A stretch of 64,000 nt of DNA, taken from contig NZ_JBHEQA010000001.1 of NCBI RefSeq assembly GCF_043678055.1, positions 1,998,198 through 2,062,197 on the forward strand, in the 5' to 3' direction. The DNA comes from Spongiimicrobium salis (GTDB taxonomy: Bacteria > Bacteroidota > Bacteroidia > Flavobacteriales > Flavobacteriaceae). A program made the translations under genes and the position numbers. The notes under the pieces are model-generated. The model was not told where the DNA came from and did not search any database. It saw only the letters and a program-made list of their open reading frames with translations. Numbering within the stretch: the first letter of the stretch is position 1; each line of letters begins with the position of its first letter. Of this stretch, positions 21,598-30,695 are shown one piece after another.

Positions 21598-23385
21598 TTA
21601 TTTTGGGGCTAACCATGCTTTCCTTTTCCTTAAGGCGGCTTCAGATGGCTTTTCAACGAAACCAATTCGATACCTTGGATCTTTGGAAAGTGTCACTATA
21701 GTACTTTTTTGATTGCCAAAGCGATTAAAAGTCACTTTGATCTGATCTCCAGGCGCATAATTTTCCAATAAGGATGAAAAGGAGGTCTTTTGATCCACGG
21801 CTTTATTATCTACGAACACAATATGATCGCCCTTATCCATTCCGGCAAGATAGGCTGGACTACCAATACTAGGATTATTTTGGATAGTTCCTGCATCATT
21901 TACACGGGCACCAAAAGCAACTTTGTCATCATTTCTTTGCAACGAAACCCCCACCTGGTCGAATAAGGAAGCGTAGTTGGGCATGTTGCTATTATAGATA
22001 TACTGATCAAAGAAACGATCTCCAAAAGACTTGCCGGCATATTTGTTCAGCGCTTCGTGCAAATTAGAAATGGTATAGGGTATTTCTGTTTTTCCATAGG
22101 TATTCCATATCAATTTCATATAATCGTCCAAGTTCAGATTTTGTTCCCGTAATGAAAGATCTAAAGCCAGGCCAAGAACGCTGCCATAGGAATAATAGGA
22201 AATAAAGGTATTCTCCCGATTCACTGGGTCTACGGAAGTAGCGGCATCTACAAAGGGAGCCTGATAACTCATCTCTATGGGATTGAAAAATTGCCGAGCG
22301 GGTGAATTCCAAACATAGTTAAAAGTCCCTGTCAGTCCTTCTACGTATTCTTTGGGCGTCCTAATATTGGCTCTACATAGGATTAAACCTGTATAATAAC
22401 TTGTAAAACCTTCCGCAAACCATAGTTCTCCACTCATATTGGCTGCTTCATAATCAAAAGGCTCTAAAGATTTAGGGCGAATGCGTTCAACGTTCCAAGC
22501 ATGAAAAAACTCATGGGACACGGTTCCAATATTACTGCGCATTCCACCATTGGCTAAACTTCGGGTACTCGTAAGGATGGTAGAGTTTCGGTGTTCCATG
22601 CCATCACCGGAAGCGTTGGGCATATAACATGCCAGAAAGGTGTACTCGCCATAATCAAAATCGGGCAATTCCCCGTATACTGCTTTTTCCTGTTTTACAA
22701 TAGCTTTTACCTGCTCAAAATAATCATCCAATTCAGCCTCTGTTCCTTCATGAAGGAGTACAAATCGTATGTTATATGACTTTCCATTGGATGTTTCCTG
22801 AAATTCCCGGATACTGAAATTGCTTATTTCCGTAGGGCTATCCATAAAATAATCCAGATTGGGAGCCGTATAGGTGTTGTTTTGAAGGGGTTTTAATTGT
22901 GTTGCTATTTTCCAACCCAAATCTTCCCTAGTCTTAAAAGTTACTTGAATTGGGTTGTTTTTTAGGGCCGGGGCAAACATAAAAGTCGCTGGAATATTCA
23001 GATGAGCGTGCGTCTCATCGATTTGTGCGTAGGTTCCTCCTCCGCGATTGGCAAATAAGGTATACTTCATATGAACGGTGCCATCATGCCCTTTTACATC
23101 CCATTGGTAGGGATTAGGCCGGGTTATTTTCAGTTCATTCCCTTTGCCGTCTGTAGCTTTTACTCCATAAACGTTTTTGGCAAATTCATGCAATGCATAG
23201 CGCCCAGGCGACGTTCTGCTCATTCGAAAGGAAGCTGTTTTTCTTTTGGAAAGCCCATGGAATGACGCTTTTACTTCGGCCTCATGGTGTACCGCATTAT
23301 CAAAGGAAATTTCATAAGAAGTTGATTGGCTATGAAGGAATACGGTTCCTGCCAATACAAAACATAAAGAAATCAAAGTTCGCAT
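21598..23385 (-). CDS. secreted M61 family metallopeptidase (glycyl aminopeptidase-like) with C-terminal PDZ domain
   Basis: Signal peptide. The HEFFHAWNVERIRP motif (HExxH) sits in an M61-like context. The C-terminus resembles a PDZ domain (GDHIVFVDNKAV). Confidence 0.7.
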   Translation of the reverse strand: MRTLISLCFVLAGTVFLHSQSTSYEISFDNAVHHEAEVKASFHGLSKRKTASFRMSRTSPGRYALHEFAKNVYGVKATDGKGNELKITRPNPYQWDVKGHDGTVHMKYTLFANRGGGTYAQIDETHAHLNIPATFMFAPALKNNPIQVTFKTREDLGWKIATQLKPLQNNTYTAPNLDYFMDSPTEISNFSIREFQETSNGKSYNIRFVLLHEGTEAELDDYFEQVKAIVKQEKAVYGELPDFDYGEYTFLACYMPNASGDGMEHRNSTILTSTRSLANGGMRSNIGTVSHEFFHAWNVERIRPKSLEPFDYEAANMSGELWFAEGFTSYYTGLILCRANIRTPKEYVEGLTGTFNYVWNSPARQFFNPIEMSYQAPFVDAATSVDPVNRENTFISYYSYGSVLGLALDLSLREQNLNLDDYMKLIWNTYGKTEIPYTISNLHEALNKYAGKSFGDRFFDQYIYNSNMPNYASLFDQVGVSLQRNDDKVAFGARVNDAGTIQNNPSIGSPAYLAGMDKGDHIVFVDNKAVDQKTSFSSLLENYAPGDQIKVTFNRFGNQKSTIVTLSKDPRYRIGFVEKPSEAALRKRKAWLAPK

Positions 23386-23486
23386 GATATAGAGTCTTTT
23401 TCTAAAGCGAATATAATTTAAAAATGTATACGGTTTTAGGGCTGCTTGTAATCAATGATGGAATATGGAAACTTTAAGAAAAAGAA

Positions 23487-23515
23487 AAGGATTCTTGTCT
23501 GTAAAGAATCCTTTT
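23487..23515 (-). terminator. hairpin terminator immediately downstream of the small peptide gene
   Basis: AAAGGATTCTTgtctgtaAAGAATCCTTT is a perfect 11-bp inverted repeat. A T-rich tract follows it on the minus strand. Confidence 0.5.
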
Positions 23516-23536
23516 ACCTGCTATGGGCTTTATTTT

Positions 23537-23722
23537 CTAGTAAAAAATACAACCGCCATTGGAAGTGCACCTTCCAGGCTCACAAAAACTCCCTCCTGGG
23601 AAGTTTACCCTACATTTATTTGGGCCGCAACAATTGAAAGAACTTCCGTAACCTCCCATAATTTTAATTTGTTCTTTTTTGCCCAATACTTTGGCACCAT
23701 CAATCTTTAAGATTTTTTTCAT
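23537..23722 (-). CDS. double-glycine-leader, cysteine-rich peptide precursor (bacteriocin-like / RiPP-like)
   Basis: MKKILKIDGAKVLGKKEQIKIMGG fits the Bacteroidetes L-x3-E-x-I-K-x-I-x-GG leader pattern. The core YGSSFNCCGPNKCRVNFPGGSFCEPGRCTSNGGCIFY has 6 Cys in 37 aa. The gene has its own terminator. Confidence 0.55.
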   Translation of the reverse strand: MKKILKIDGAKVLGKKEQIKIMGGYGSSFNCCGPNKCRVNFPGGSFCEPGRCTSNGGCIFY

Positions 23723-23935
23723 GATATAAAGGATTTTTTGTTTGTATTTCCTACAATGTAATTCAAAAACGAAGTGTTTTCTAAAGCGAGTACCCTAAAT
23801 AAATGAAAATAAGGTCTTGTTTTTGATGATTTGGGGTGCGTGATTTCACTGTTGTGATCATATTATTTAATGCTAATTAGAGCCTTAAAAGAAGGAGGTT
23901 TTACTTTTTATGATGGGATGCCTTATCTTTAGCCC

Positions 23936-25105
23936 ATGGTAAATTTTCCGAAAAAATTGAAAGAAAAAATGAAAAAGCGCGAAGCAGTAAATGCAGTTCG
24001 TACCCTTTCAGTTTGTCAGAATACGGTAGATTTTACCTCCAATGATTATCTCGGGTTTGCCAAAAATACGAGCATTTTTGAAGCCACAACAGAGATATTA
24101 CGTGAAAAAAATGCGATGAGGAACGGTGCAACGGGATCTCGTCTGATTTCCGGGAATCATGCCTTTTGTCAGGAAGTGGAACGTCATTTGGCCAAATGGC
24201 ACAGGGCAGAAACAGCATTGGTGTTTAATTCAGGTTACGATGCCAATATCGGTTTTTTTTCCGCAGTGCCACAACGAGGGGATTTTGTTTTTTATGATGA
24301 GTTTGTTCATGCCAGTATTCGAGACGGAATACTAATGGGAAATGCCAAAAGTTATAAGTTTAAGCATAACGACCTGGAGGATCTCAAGAAGAAAATAGGA
24401 ACATTGCTTACCAGAGAGCGTACCGATGAGGCTACTGAAATATATATAGTTACCGAAGCCATTTTTTCTATGGATGGAGATATGCCCAATATGATGGCTT
24501 TTGGACATTTTTGTAAAGAAAATCACTATCATTTAATTATTGATGAAGCCCATGCTATAGGTGTTTTCGGCACCCATGGGGAAGGATTGGTACAAAAATT
24601 GGGAATTGCCGATAAAGTGTTTGCGCGCATTATCACTTTCGGAAAAGCCATGGGATGTCATGGAGCAGCAATCCTAGGATGTGGTGAACTCAGGGATTAT
24701 CTCATAAATTTTGCACGTAGTTTTATCTATACTACGGCTTTGCCACCGCACGCCCTGGCCAGTATTTTGGCGGCCTATAATTTTATGGAGAGTTCAGAAG
24801 GGGAACAATCCAGAAAGTTACTGCTACAAAACATAGCGTCTTTTAAGGAAGAATTGAAGGAAGTGGGACTTCGAAAAAACTTTATTCCCAGTGATTCCGC
24901 CATTCATAGCTATATAATCCCGGGAAATGATCAAGTGAAGGCTGTGGCCAAGAAATTACAGGAAAAAGGTTTTGAGGTAAAGCCGATACTTTCGCCCACG
25001 GTACCGGAAGGAGAGGAACGTTTGCGCTTCTGTATCCATAGTTATACTAAAAAAGAAGAAATAAAAGTAGTATTACAAGAATTGTCAAATCAGTTGAAAG
25101 AATAA
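23936..25105 (+). CDS. bioF: 8-amino-7-oxononanoate synthase (PLP-dependent)
   Basis: A class-II aminotransferase-like fold with a PLP-lysine region around ITFGKAMG. It sits with bioD/bioA/bioB in the biotin cluster. Confidence 0.8.
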   Translation: MVNFPKKLKEKMKKREAVNAVRTLSVCQNTVDFTSNDYLGFAKNTSIFEATTEILREKNAMRNGATGSRLISGNHAFCQEVERHLAKWHRAETALVFNSGYDANIGFFSAVPQRGDFVFYDEFVHASIRDGILMGNAKSYKFKHNDLEDLKKKIGTLLTRERTDEATEIYIVTEAIFSMDGDMPNMMAFGHFCKENHYHLIIDEAHAIGVFGTHGEGLVQKLGIADKVFARIITFGKAMGCHGAAILGCGELRDYLINFARSFIYTTALPPHALASILAAYNFMESSEGEQSRKLLLQNIASFKEELKEVGLRKNFIPSDSAIHSYIIPGNDQVKAVAKKLQEKGFEVKPILSPTVPEGEERLRFCIHSYTKKEEIKVVLQELSNQLKE

Positions 25106-25485
25106 TGGAGCAAGAATTTTATACGTTGGGAGCTTTTGAATTCGTGGCCGATGTTCAAATTATTAAAGGGAAATTGGAATCGGAAGGTATTCCCGTCTTT
25201 TTACGCGATGAAAATACCTTGAATTCCGATCCTTTGATCAGTAGTGCCATTGGAGGGGTAAAACTCCAGGTGTACACCTTGGATAAGGACAGAGCACTGG
25301 AAATATATAATGAGATAAGAAATTATGCCATTGATGATCATGGCAAACCTATTGTTTGCCCAAATTGTGGCGCTCAAAAATCGGAAACCTACTATGAACG
25401 GAAGAGCATATTCCATAAACTGTTTCCTTTTTTTGAAAAGCGAAAATACAAATGTCTAAACTGTAATATGATCACTAAACCTTAG
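25105..25485 (+). CDS. DUF2007-like (putative signal-transducing) domain protein with C-terminal zinc ribbon
   Basis: Its ATG overlaps the bioF stop (TAATG) and it ends 5 nt before bioD. It has two CxxC pairs (CPNCG ... CLNCN). Confidence 0.45.
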   Translation: MEQEFYTLGAFEFVADVQIIKGKLESEGIPVFLRDENTLNSDPLISSAIGGVKLQVYTLDKDRALEIYNEIRNYAIDDHGKPIVCPNCGAQKSETYYERKSIFHKLFPFFEKRKYKCLNCNMITKP

Positions 25486-25490
25486 TCCAA

Positions 25491-26108
25491 ATGAAACAAT
25501 TTTTTGTCACGGGAATATCCACGGAGGTAGGAAAGACCATCGCGTCGGCCATTATTACAGAGGCCTTGGAGGCAGATTACTGGAAGCCTATTCAGGCAGG
25601 GGATTTAGCACATTCGGATAGTCATAAGATTGCTGATCTCATCTCTAATTCCAAAACTAAAATACACCCCAATAGCTATGCTTTGAATACACCTATGAGC
25701 CCACACGCTGCAGCGGCAATAGATGGGGTTCATATTGATTTGAGGAAAATTGTAGCTCCAAGTACTACAAATACCCTTGTCATTGAGGGGGCAGGAGGTC
25801 TTTTGGTTCCCTTAAATGATGATGATACCATCTTAGATATTATTAAACCCAATTATAAGGTCATCGTGGTCTCACGCCATTATTTAGGAAGTATCAATCA
25901 TTCCCTTTTAACTATTGGATGGTTGCAACAAAGAGGCTACAAAGTAGCATTGCTTTTCAGTGGAGATCCGCATCCGACTACAGAAGACATTATTGTAAAG
26001 AAAACCGGAGTCCCCGTTATTGGACGAATTTCAGAAGAACCGTCTTTCAATGCTGCGGTGATTAAAAAGTATGCGGCAGCTTTAAGGGGCAACTTAGAAT
26101 TGCTCTAA
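25491..26108 (+). CDS. bioD: ATP-dependent dethiobiotin synthetase
   Basis: The P-loop GISTEVGKT and the 205-aa length. Confidence 0.85.
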   Translation: MKQFFVTGISTEVGKTIASAIITEALEADYWKPIQAGDLAHSDSHKIADLISNSKTKIHPNSYALNTPMSPHAAAAIDGVHIDLRKIVAPSTTNTLVIEGAGGLLVPLNDDDTILDIIKPNYKVIVVSRHYLGSINHSLLTIGWLQQRGYKVALLFSGDPHPTTEDIIVKKTGVPVIGRISEEPSFNAAVIKKYAAALRGNLELL

Positions 26109-27590
26109 CCGTTGATAAATTTCTGCCTTGCCCAACGTCTTGATGCTTTTATAGTGTTTTAGTAAATAAGCATCGATAAAGGTATTGGCTTCTACGGCTT
26201 TTTTATCAAAAACCAATCTATTCTTCCGCGTTACAATCGTTTTGGGTTGAATATCTTCAAGGATAAACCGCAATTCTTCCATGGTGGTTTTTCTGGGATT
26301 GTCATAAAAAGGAAAGATTTCTTCCCTGCAAATATTGCTGGGATGTGTGGCTGCCTTGGTTAAAGGTTTGGTTCCTAAAACCCAATACCCAATATGATAT
26401 TCTGTAAATAGGACATTGCTTGTGTCCATTGCATTGTCCATGAGGTATTGCGGTACATCTATTCCTTCCCCATTATAGAAACGGCCTTTGTTGATCTTAT
26501 TCTTTACAATGGCAGTGTACTCTAGGTAGGCTTCCATTGGGAGTAGGAGTACCAAAAAAAATACGAAAGGACGATAGTCAAATTTTTTAAAGACAGAAAT
26601 TTTGCTGACTACAATTCCAACCAAGACAATAATTATGGGATGCAATTGAATGAGGTAGTGCCCGTTAATTCTTCCCCCCTGAATAAAGGAGAGCAATACC
26701 CCAAGAATGGAAATGGAAAGTACTTGGATTTCCATAGACTTCTTATCCAAAAGCTTTTTCCTAAAGGCTAAGAACAAAAACATAGCTACGACAAGAATCA
26801 TAGGAGCCAGCTTAAAAATGGAATATCGTTTTGAACTTGAATATTCCAAAGGAGCGAGGATGACAGATTTCCACCAGATTTCTGGATGGCCTTCCAAGTA
26901 ATAAGGAAAAATAGTTCCGAGGATGACCAAAACAATGGCGATACCGAAAGCCAATGCATTGGAGACACCCAGCTTAAATTGTTTTTTTCGAAAACGGGCA
27001 AAAAGAAAATAGAGTCCCACAAAAAGAATGGGATAGGCCATATTTAATTTAATCATTACAGAACACCCCATAAGAATCCCGGACAGGGCAGACAGGTACC
27101 ATTTGGGTCGTTGAAGGAGCAAATAGAGTGCGGGCATAAAGAAGGCAATGCACAAATGTTCTGACATCACCCCCTGTAAGCTGCCAAACATACTTTGCAA
27201 GGCAATACAAACAACGGCGGTCCAGAAAGCAGTTTTTTTGGAGCTTGTCAGTTGTTCACTGATTTTATAGGAGAAGAAGGCCGTGGAGGCCACCATCAGG
27301 GCACCGACAAGTCGAATGGCAAAAAAACTTTTTCCAAATACAGCGATAATGCCTGCAAAAAACAAATACACCAAAGGAGGTTTTAAGTCCCAAAGTTCCG
27401 TATAGGGCAGATTTCCTTCCACCCAAGATTGTCCCAAAAGAATAAAGGTGCTCTCGTCCCTATCTATATAATCGCGAAAGAAAAAAGGAAAGCGTACAAA
27501 GAGAGCAATACCACTTAAAAGTAGAAGTACTGTTCTATGGGTCAATTTTTGGTAAGCAGGTGTAAAAAAATGAATTGCTTTTTTAAGCAT
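26094..27590 (-). CDS. glycosyltransferase family 39 (ArnT/PMT-like) polytopic membrane protein
   Basis: It is 498 aa with more than 10 TM helices. The N-terminal DE motif region RDESTF is typical of the PMT_2/ArnT family. Confidence 0.55.
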   Translation of the reverse strand: MLKKAIHFFTPAYQKLTHRTVLLLLSGIALFVRFPFFFRDYIDRDESTFILLGQSWVEGNLPYTELWDLKPPLVYLFFAGIIAVFGKSFFAIRLVGALMVASTAFFSYKISEQLTSSKKTAFWTAVVCIALQSMFGSLQGVMSEHLCIAFFMPALYLLLQRPKWYLSALSGILMGCSVMIKLNMAYPILFVGLYFLFARFRKKQFKLGVSNALAFGIAIVLVILGTIFPYYLEGHPEIWWKSVILAPLEYSSSKRYSIFKLAPMILVVAMFLFLAFRKKLLDKKSMEIQVLSISILGVLLSFIQGGRINGHYLIQLHPIIIVLVGIVVSKISVFKKFDYRPFVFFLVLLLPMEAYLEYTAIVKNKINKGRFYNGEGIDVPQYLMDNAMDTSNVLFTEYHIGYWVLGTKPLTKAATHPSNICREEIFPFYDNPRKTTMEELRFILEDIQPKTIVTRKNRLVFDKKAVEANTFIDAYLLKHYKSIKTLGKAEIYQRLEQF

Positions 27591-27662
27591 GGTCGGTTAA
27601 CATTTTATTTGGGCTGAATTTCCCATATTTGCAAGATAAATAAAGCCAACATATAAAATTCT

Positions 27663-28937
27663 ATGGGCAGCAAAAATCTTTCGGAACGGGATAAAAAACA
27701 CTTATGGCATCCTTTGACCCAACATAAATTACATCCAAGGATGCTGGGAATTGTAAAAGCAGAAGAGTCACTGCTATACGATGAGAATGATCGAACCTAT
27801 ATCGATGGCATTGCTTCCTGGTACACTTGTATGTACGGTCACTGCAATCCGTATATCTTAGATCGGGTTTATGCTCAAATGCAACAATTAGATCAGGTGG
27901 TTTTTAGTGGTTTTACCCATGAGCCAGCGGTACGACTTTCGGAGGAGCTTATCAAGATTTTACCTGAAAATCAGGAAAAACTCTTTTTCTCGGATAATGG
28001 TTCAACAGCCACTGAAATCGGAATTAAAATGGCCTTGCAGTATCATTTTAATCAAGGGGAAAGACGAAATGTACTCCTTGCTTTTGAAGAAGGCTTCCAT
28101 GGAGATACTTTTGGTGCAATGTCCGTATCTGGTCTGTCGGTCTACAATGGCCCTTTTGAAGATTTCTTTATTGCGGTAAAACGGATTCCCGTACCCAGCA
28201 AGGAAAATATCCAGACGATTTTGGATCTATTAAAAGAGTATCTGGCAGAAGAAAAAGTTGCAGGAATTATTTATGAACCCTTGGTGCAAGGTGCTGCTGC
28301 CATGAAGATGCATGATAAGGAAGGCTTGAATACCATTTTGGAATACTTGAAAGCCCACAAGGTAATAACCATAGCAGATGAGGTCATGACCGGTTTTGGA
28401 AAAACGGGAACGTATTTTGCCTCTGATCATATGGCATCCAAGCCAGATATCATGTGTATGTCCAAAGCCTTAACGGGGGGGTTGCTTCCTATGGCGGTCA
28501 CCAGTTGTTCCCAAAAAGTGTATGATGCTTTTTATAGTGATGAAATTGCCCATGGACTATTTCATGGACATACCTATACGGGCAATCCGCTGGCCTGTAG
28601 CGCTGCTTTGGCTGCAATAGAATTGCTGCAGAGTACGGAAATCCAAGAAAACATTCAGCGTATAACCGCAGCGCATCAGGAGTTCGATGCGCGGATAAAG
28701 AAACACCCTAAAGTAAGACAAACGCGGCAGTTGGGGATTATTTATGCCTTGGATTTGGAAGTGCAAATGGAGCGTTATGGAAACCTAAGGGATAAGCTCT
28801 TTGCCCACTTTATGGACAATGGGGTATTCTTACGACCTTTGGGCAATACCATTTATATCCAGGCCCCTTATGTAATCACCGATCAGCAATTGCAAAAGAT
28901 ATACTCCAGTATCGAGAAAGCACTGGAGCTTGTCTAG
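27663..28937 (+). CDS. bioA: adenosylmethionine--8-amino-7-oxononanoate aminotransferase
   Basis: A class-III aminotransferase with the PLP-lysine context ADEVMTGFGKTG. Confidence 0.9.
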   Translation: MGSKNLSERDKKHLWHPLTQHKLHPRMLGIVKAEESLLYDENDRTYIDGIASWYTCMYGHCNPYILDRVYAQMQQLDQVVFSGFTHEPAVRLSEELIKILPENQEKLFFSDNGSTATEIGIKMALQYHFNQGERRNVLLAFEEGFHGDTFGAMSVSGLSVYNGPFEDFFIAVKRIPVPSKENIQTILDLLKEYLAEEKVAGIIYEPLVQGAAAMKMHDKEGLNTILEYLKAHKVITIADEVMTGFGKTGTYFASDHMASKPDIMCMSKALTGGLLPMAVTSCSQKVYDAFYSDEIAHGLFHGHTYTGNPLACSAALAAIELLQSTEIQENIQRITAAHQEFDARIKKHPKVRQTRQLGIIYALDLEVQMERYGNLRDKLFAHFMDNGVFLRPLGNTIYIQAPYVITDQQLQKIYSSIEKALELV

Positions 28938-28944
28938 ATATATA

Positions 28945-29376
28945 TTATTCTATTTTCTGTGTTTCAAGAAGGTCAATGAGCCCATTATCGGGAATCAGAA
29001 CCTCTATCCTATCATAGGTCCAAGTATCATCGATGCCCCGTGCATCAACATATAGCGTTCCCTTGCCTTTAGGACCGGCAATGGGTATGGTTAGATTTGA
29101 GGATTTACGTCCATTGTTCCAATTGACGCTTCCCTGTACCATTCCATCTTTTTCAATGGGCGAGCCCAGTAGTTCAATGATTTTTTCGTCTTGGTTGATT
29201 AATTCAAAAGCGTATTCGTAGGGTTGTGATTCCTCCATCACGGTAGTGATACCGTAAAACAATGAGCCAAGAAAAACAACAAAAAGAATGATGATGGTAA
29301 GGCAGCCACCTACGGGAACTACCCATTTCCAATTTCTTTTCCACCAACTTGGCTGCGGTACAAGTTCATTATTCAT
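28945..29376 (-). CDS. membrane-anchored hypothetical protein, Coa1-like (cytochrome oxidase assembly factor 1 family pattern)
   Basis: SWWKRNWKWVVPVGGCLTIIILFVV is the N-terminal anchor motif I recall for this Bacteroidetes family. Confidence 0.4.
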   Translation of the reverse strand: MNNELVPQPSWWKRNWKWVVPVGGCLTIIILFVVFLGSLFYGITTVMEESQPYEYAFELINQDEKIIELLGSPIEKDGMVQGSVNWNNGRKSSNLTIPIAGPKGKGTLYVDARGIDDTWTYDRIEVLIPDNGLIDLLETQKIE

Positions 29377-29402
29377 TCTTTTTTTTGATTTTAAAGTATA
29401 GT

Positions 29403-30641
29403 ATGAAGATAAGAACTTTTATTTTTGCAGAAAAGAAAACCAGCTTGCAGCAATTGATATCCATTACCGCTATTGCTTCTATTTCTCCCTTAGGAATTTC
29501 TTTGGAAGAGATTTGGAACAATTATAAGAACCATAATCACGCTTTTACGGAAAAAAAAATTGGGGGCAGTACAAGTTGGGTGGCGTCTTTGCCAGAACAT
29601 GCCTTAAAGGAGATTTCGGACTTAAAAAAAGGAGATTCAAAATATAAGAATCTCGATGCTAGCGTACTTTATGCCCTCTTTGCTGCCCGAAAAGCAATGC
29701 AAATAGCAGGATGGTCCGGAAAGGATAATTTTGGAATCAATGTTGGTTCTTCAAGAGGAGCAACTGCGCTGTTTGAGCAATACCATGAAGAATTTCTTGA
29801 AAAAGAGCGTGCTACTACCTTGGCCTCCCCTACCACTACCTTAGGGAATATTTCATCCTGGATTGCCCATGATCTACAAACAAGGGGCCCCGAGATTTCG
29901 CATTCCATAACCTGTTCTACCGCATTACATGCACTTTTAAATGGCGTAGCTTGGATCAGCAGTGGGATGGCGAATAAATTTATGGTCGGAGGGAGTGAAG
30001 CACCTCTTACGCCTTTTACTTTGGCACAAATGAAGGCCTTGAAAATTTACGCAAAGAGCACTGTGGAACATGGAAGTTTGAAAAAAGCCATTACACCCCA
30101 GGGATATCCCTGTCGAGCAATGGATTTGGATAAAAAACAGAATTCCATGATACTGGGAGAAGGGGCTGCAATGGCCTGTTTGGAAAAAGGGGGTGTTAAA
30201 AATGCGCTTGCGATAATTGCAGGGATAGGGTATGCAACGGAACCTTTGGAACACAACATATCCATTTCGACAGATGCCCAGTGTTTTCAGGATTCTATGA
30301 AGATGGCTTTAGGTAGGATGTCTCCTGAAGATGTGGATGTGATTGTCATGCATGCGCCGGGAACCATCAAAGGGGATTTATCAGAAAAAAATGCGATTGA
30401 AAAGATTTTTTGTAACAAAATGCCTTTGTTGACTACTAACAAATGGAAAGTAGGTCACACCTTCGGAGCTTCGGGAATGCTCAACATAGAATTGGCGATT
30501 TTAATGTTACTGCGCCAAGAGTTTATAGGAGTTCCGTATGTACAGGATGTTCCGGCCGAACAAAAAATCAATACCATTATTGTAAATGCCGTAGGCTTCG
30601 GCGGAAATGCCGTATCGGTACTACTTACCAAAAACGCATAG
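29403..30641 (+). CDS. beta-ketoacyl-ACP synthase I/II-like condensing enzyme with Cys-His-His triad
   Basis: The candidate triad residues are Cys in ITCSTALHALL, His in MHAPGTIKGD and His in VGHTFGASG. It is flanked by bioA and bioB. The ORF track starts at a TTG at 29349 that overlaps the previous gene. The in-frame ATG at 29403 (MKIRTF...) is preferred. Confidence 0.65.
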   Translation: MKIRTFIFAEKKTSLQQLISITAIASISPLGISLEEIWNNYKNHNHAFTEKKIGGSTSWVASLPEHALKEISDLKKGDSKYKNLDASVLYALFAARKAMQIAGWSGKDNFGINVGSSRGATALFEQYHEEFLEKERATTLASPTTTLGNISSWIAHDLQTRGPEISHSITCSTALHALLNGVAWISSGMANKFMVGGSEAPLTPFTLAQMKALKIYAKSTVEHGSLKKAITPQGYPCRAMDLDKKQNSMILGEGAAMACLEKGGVKNALAIIAGIGYATEPLEHNISISTDAQCFQDSMKMALGRMSPEDVDVIVMHAPGTIKGDLSEKNAIEKIFCNKMPLLTTNKWKVGHTFGASGMLNIELAILMLLRQEFIGVPYVQDVPAEQKINTIIVNAVGFGGNAVSVLLTKNA

Positions 30642-30695
30642 AAAATAATCAAATTATTTCTATCTTAACACTGTAAACCTAAAAACCGAAAATGT

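Noticed and set aside
29349-29402. The TTG-initiated 18-codon N-terminal extension of the KAS gene that overlaps the end of the minus-strand Coa1-like gene.
   Set aside because: The in-frame ATG at 29403 gives a sensible N-terminus (MKIRTF...) and avoids the overlap.
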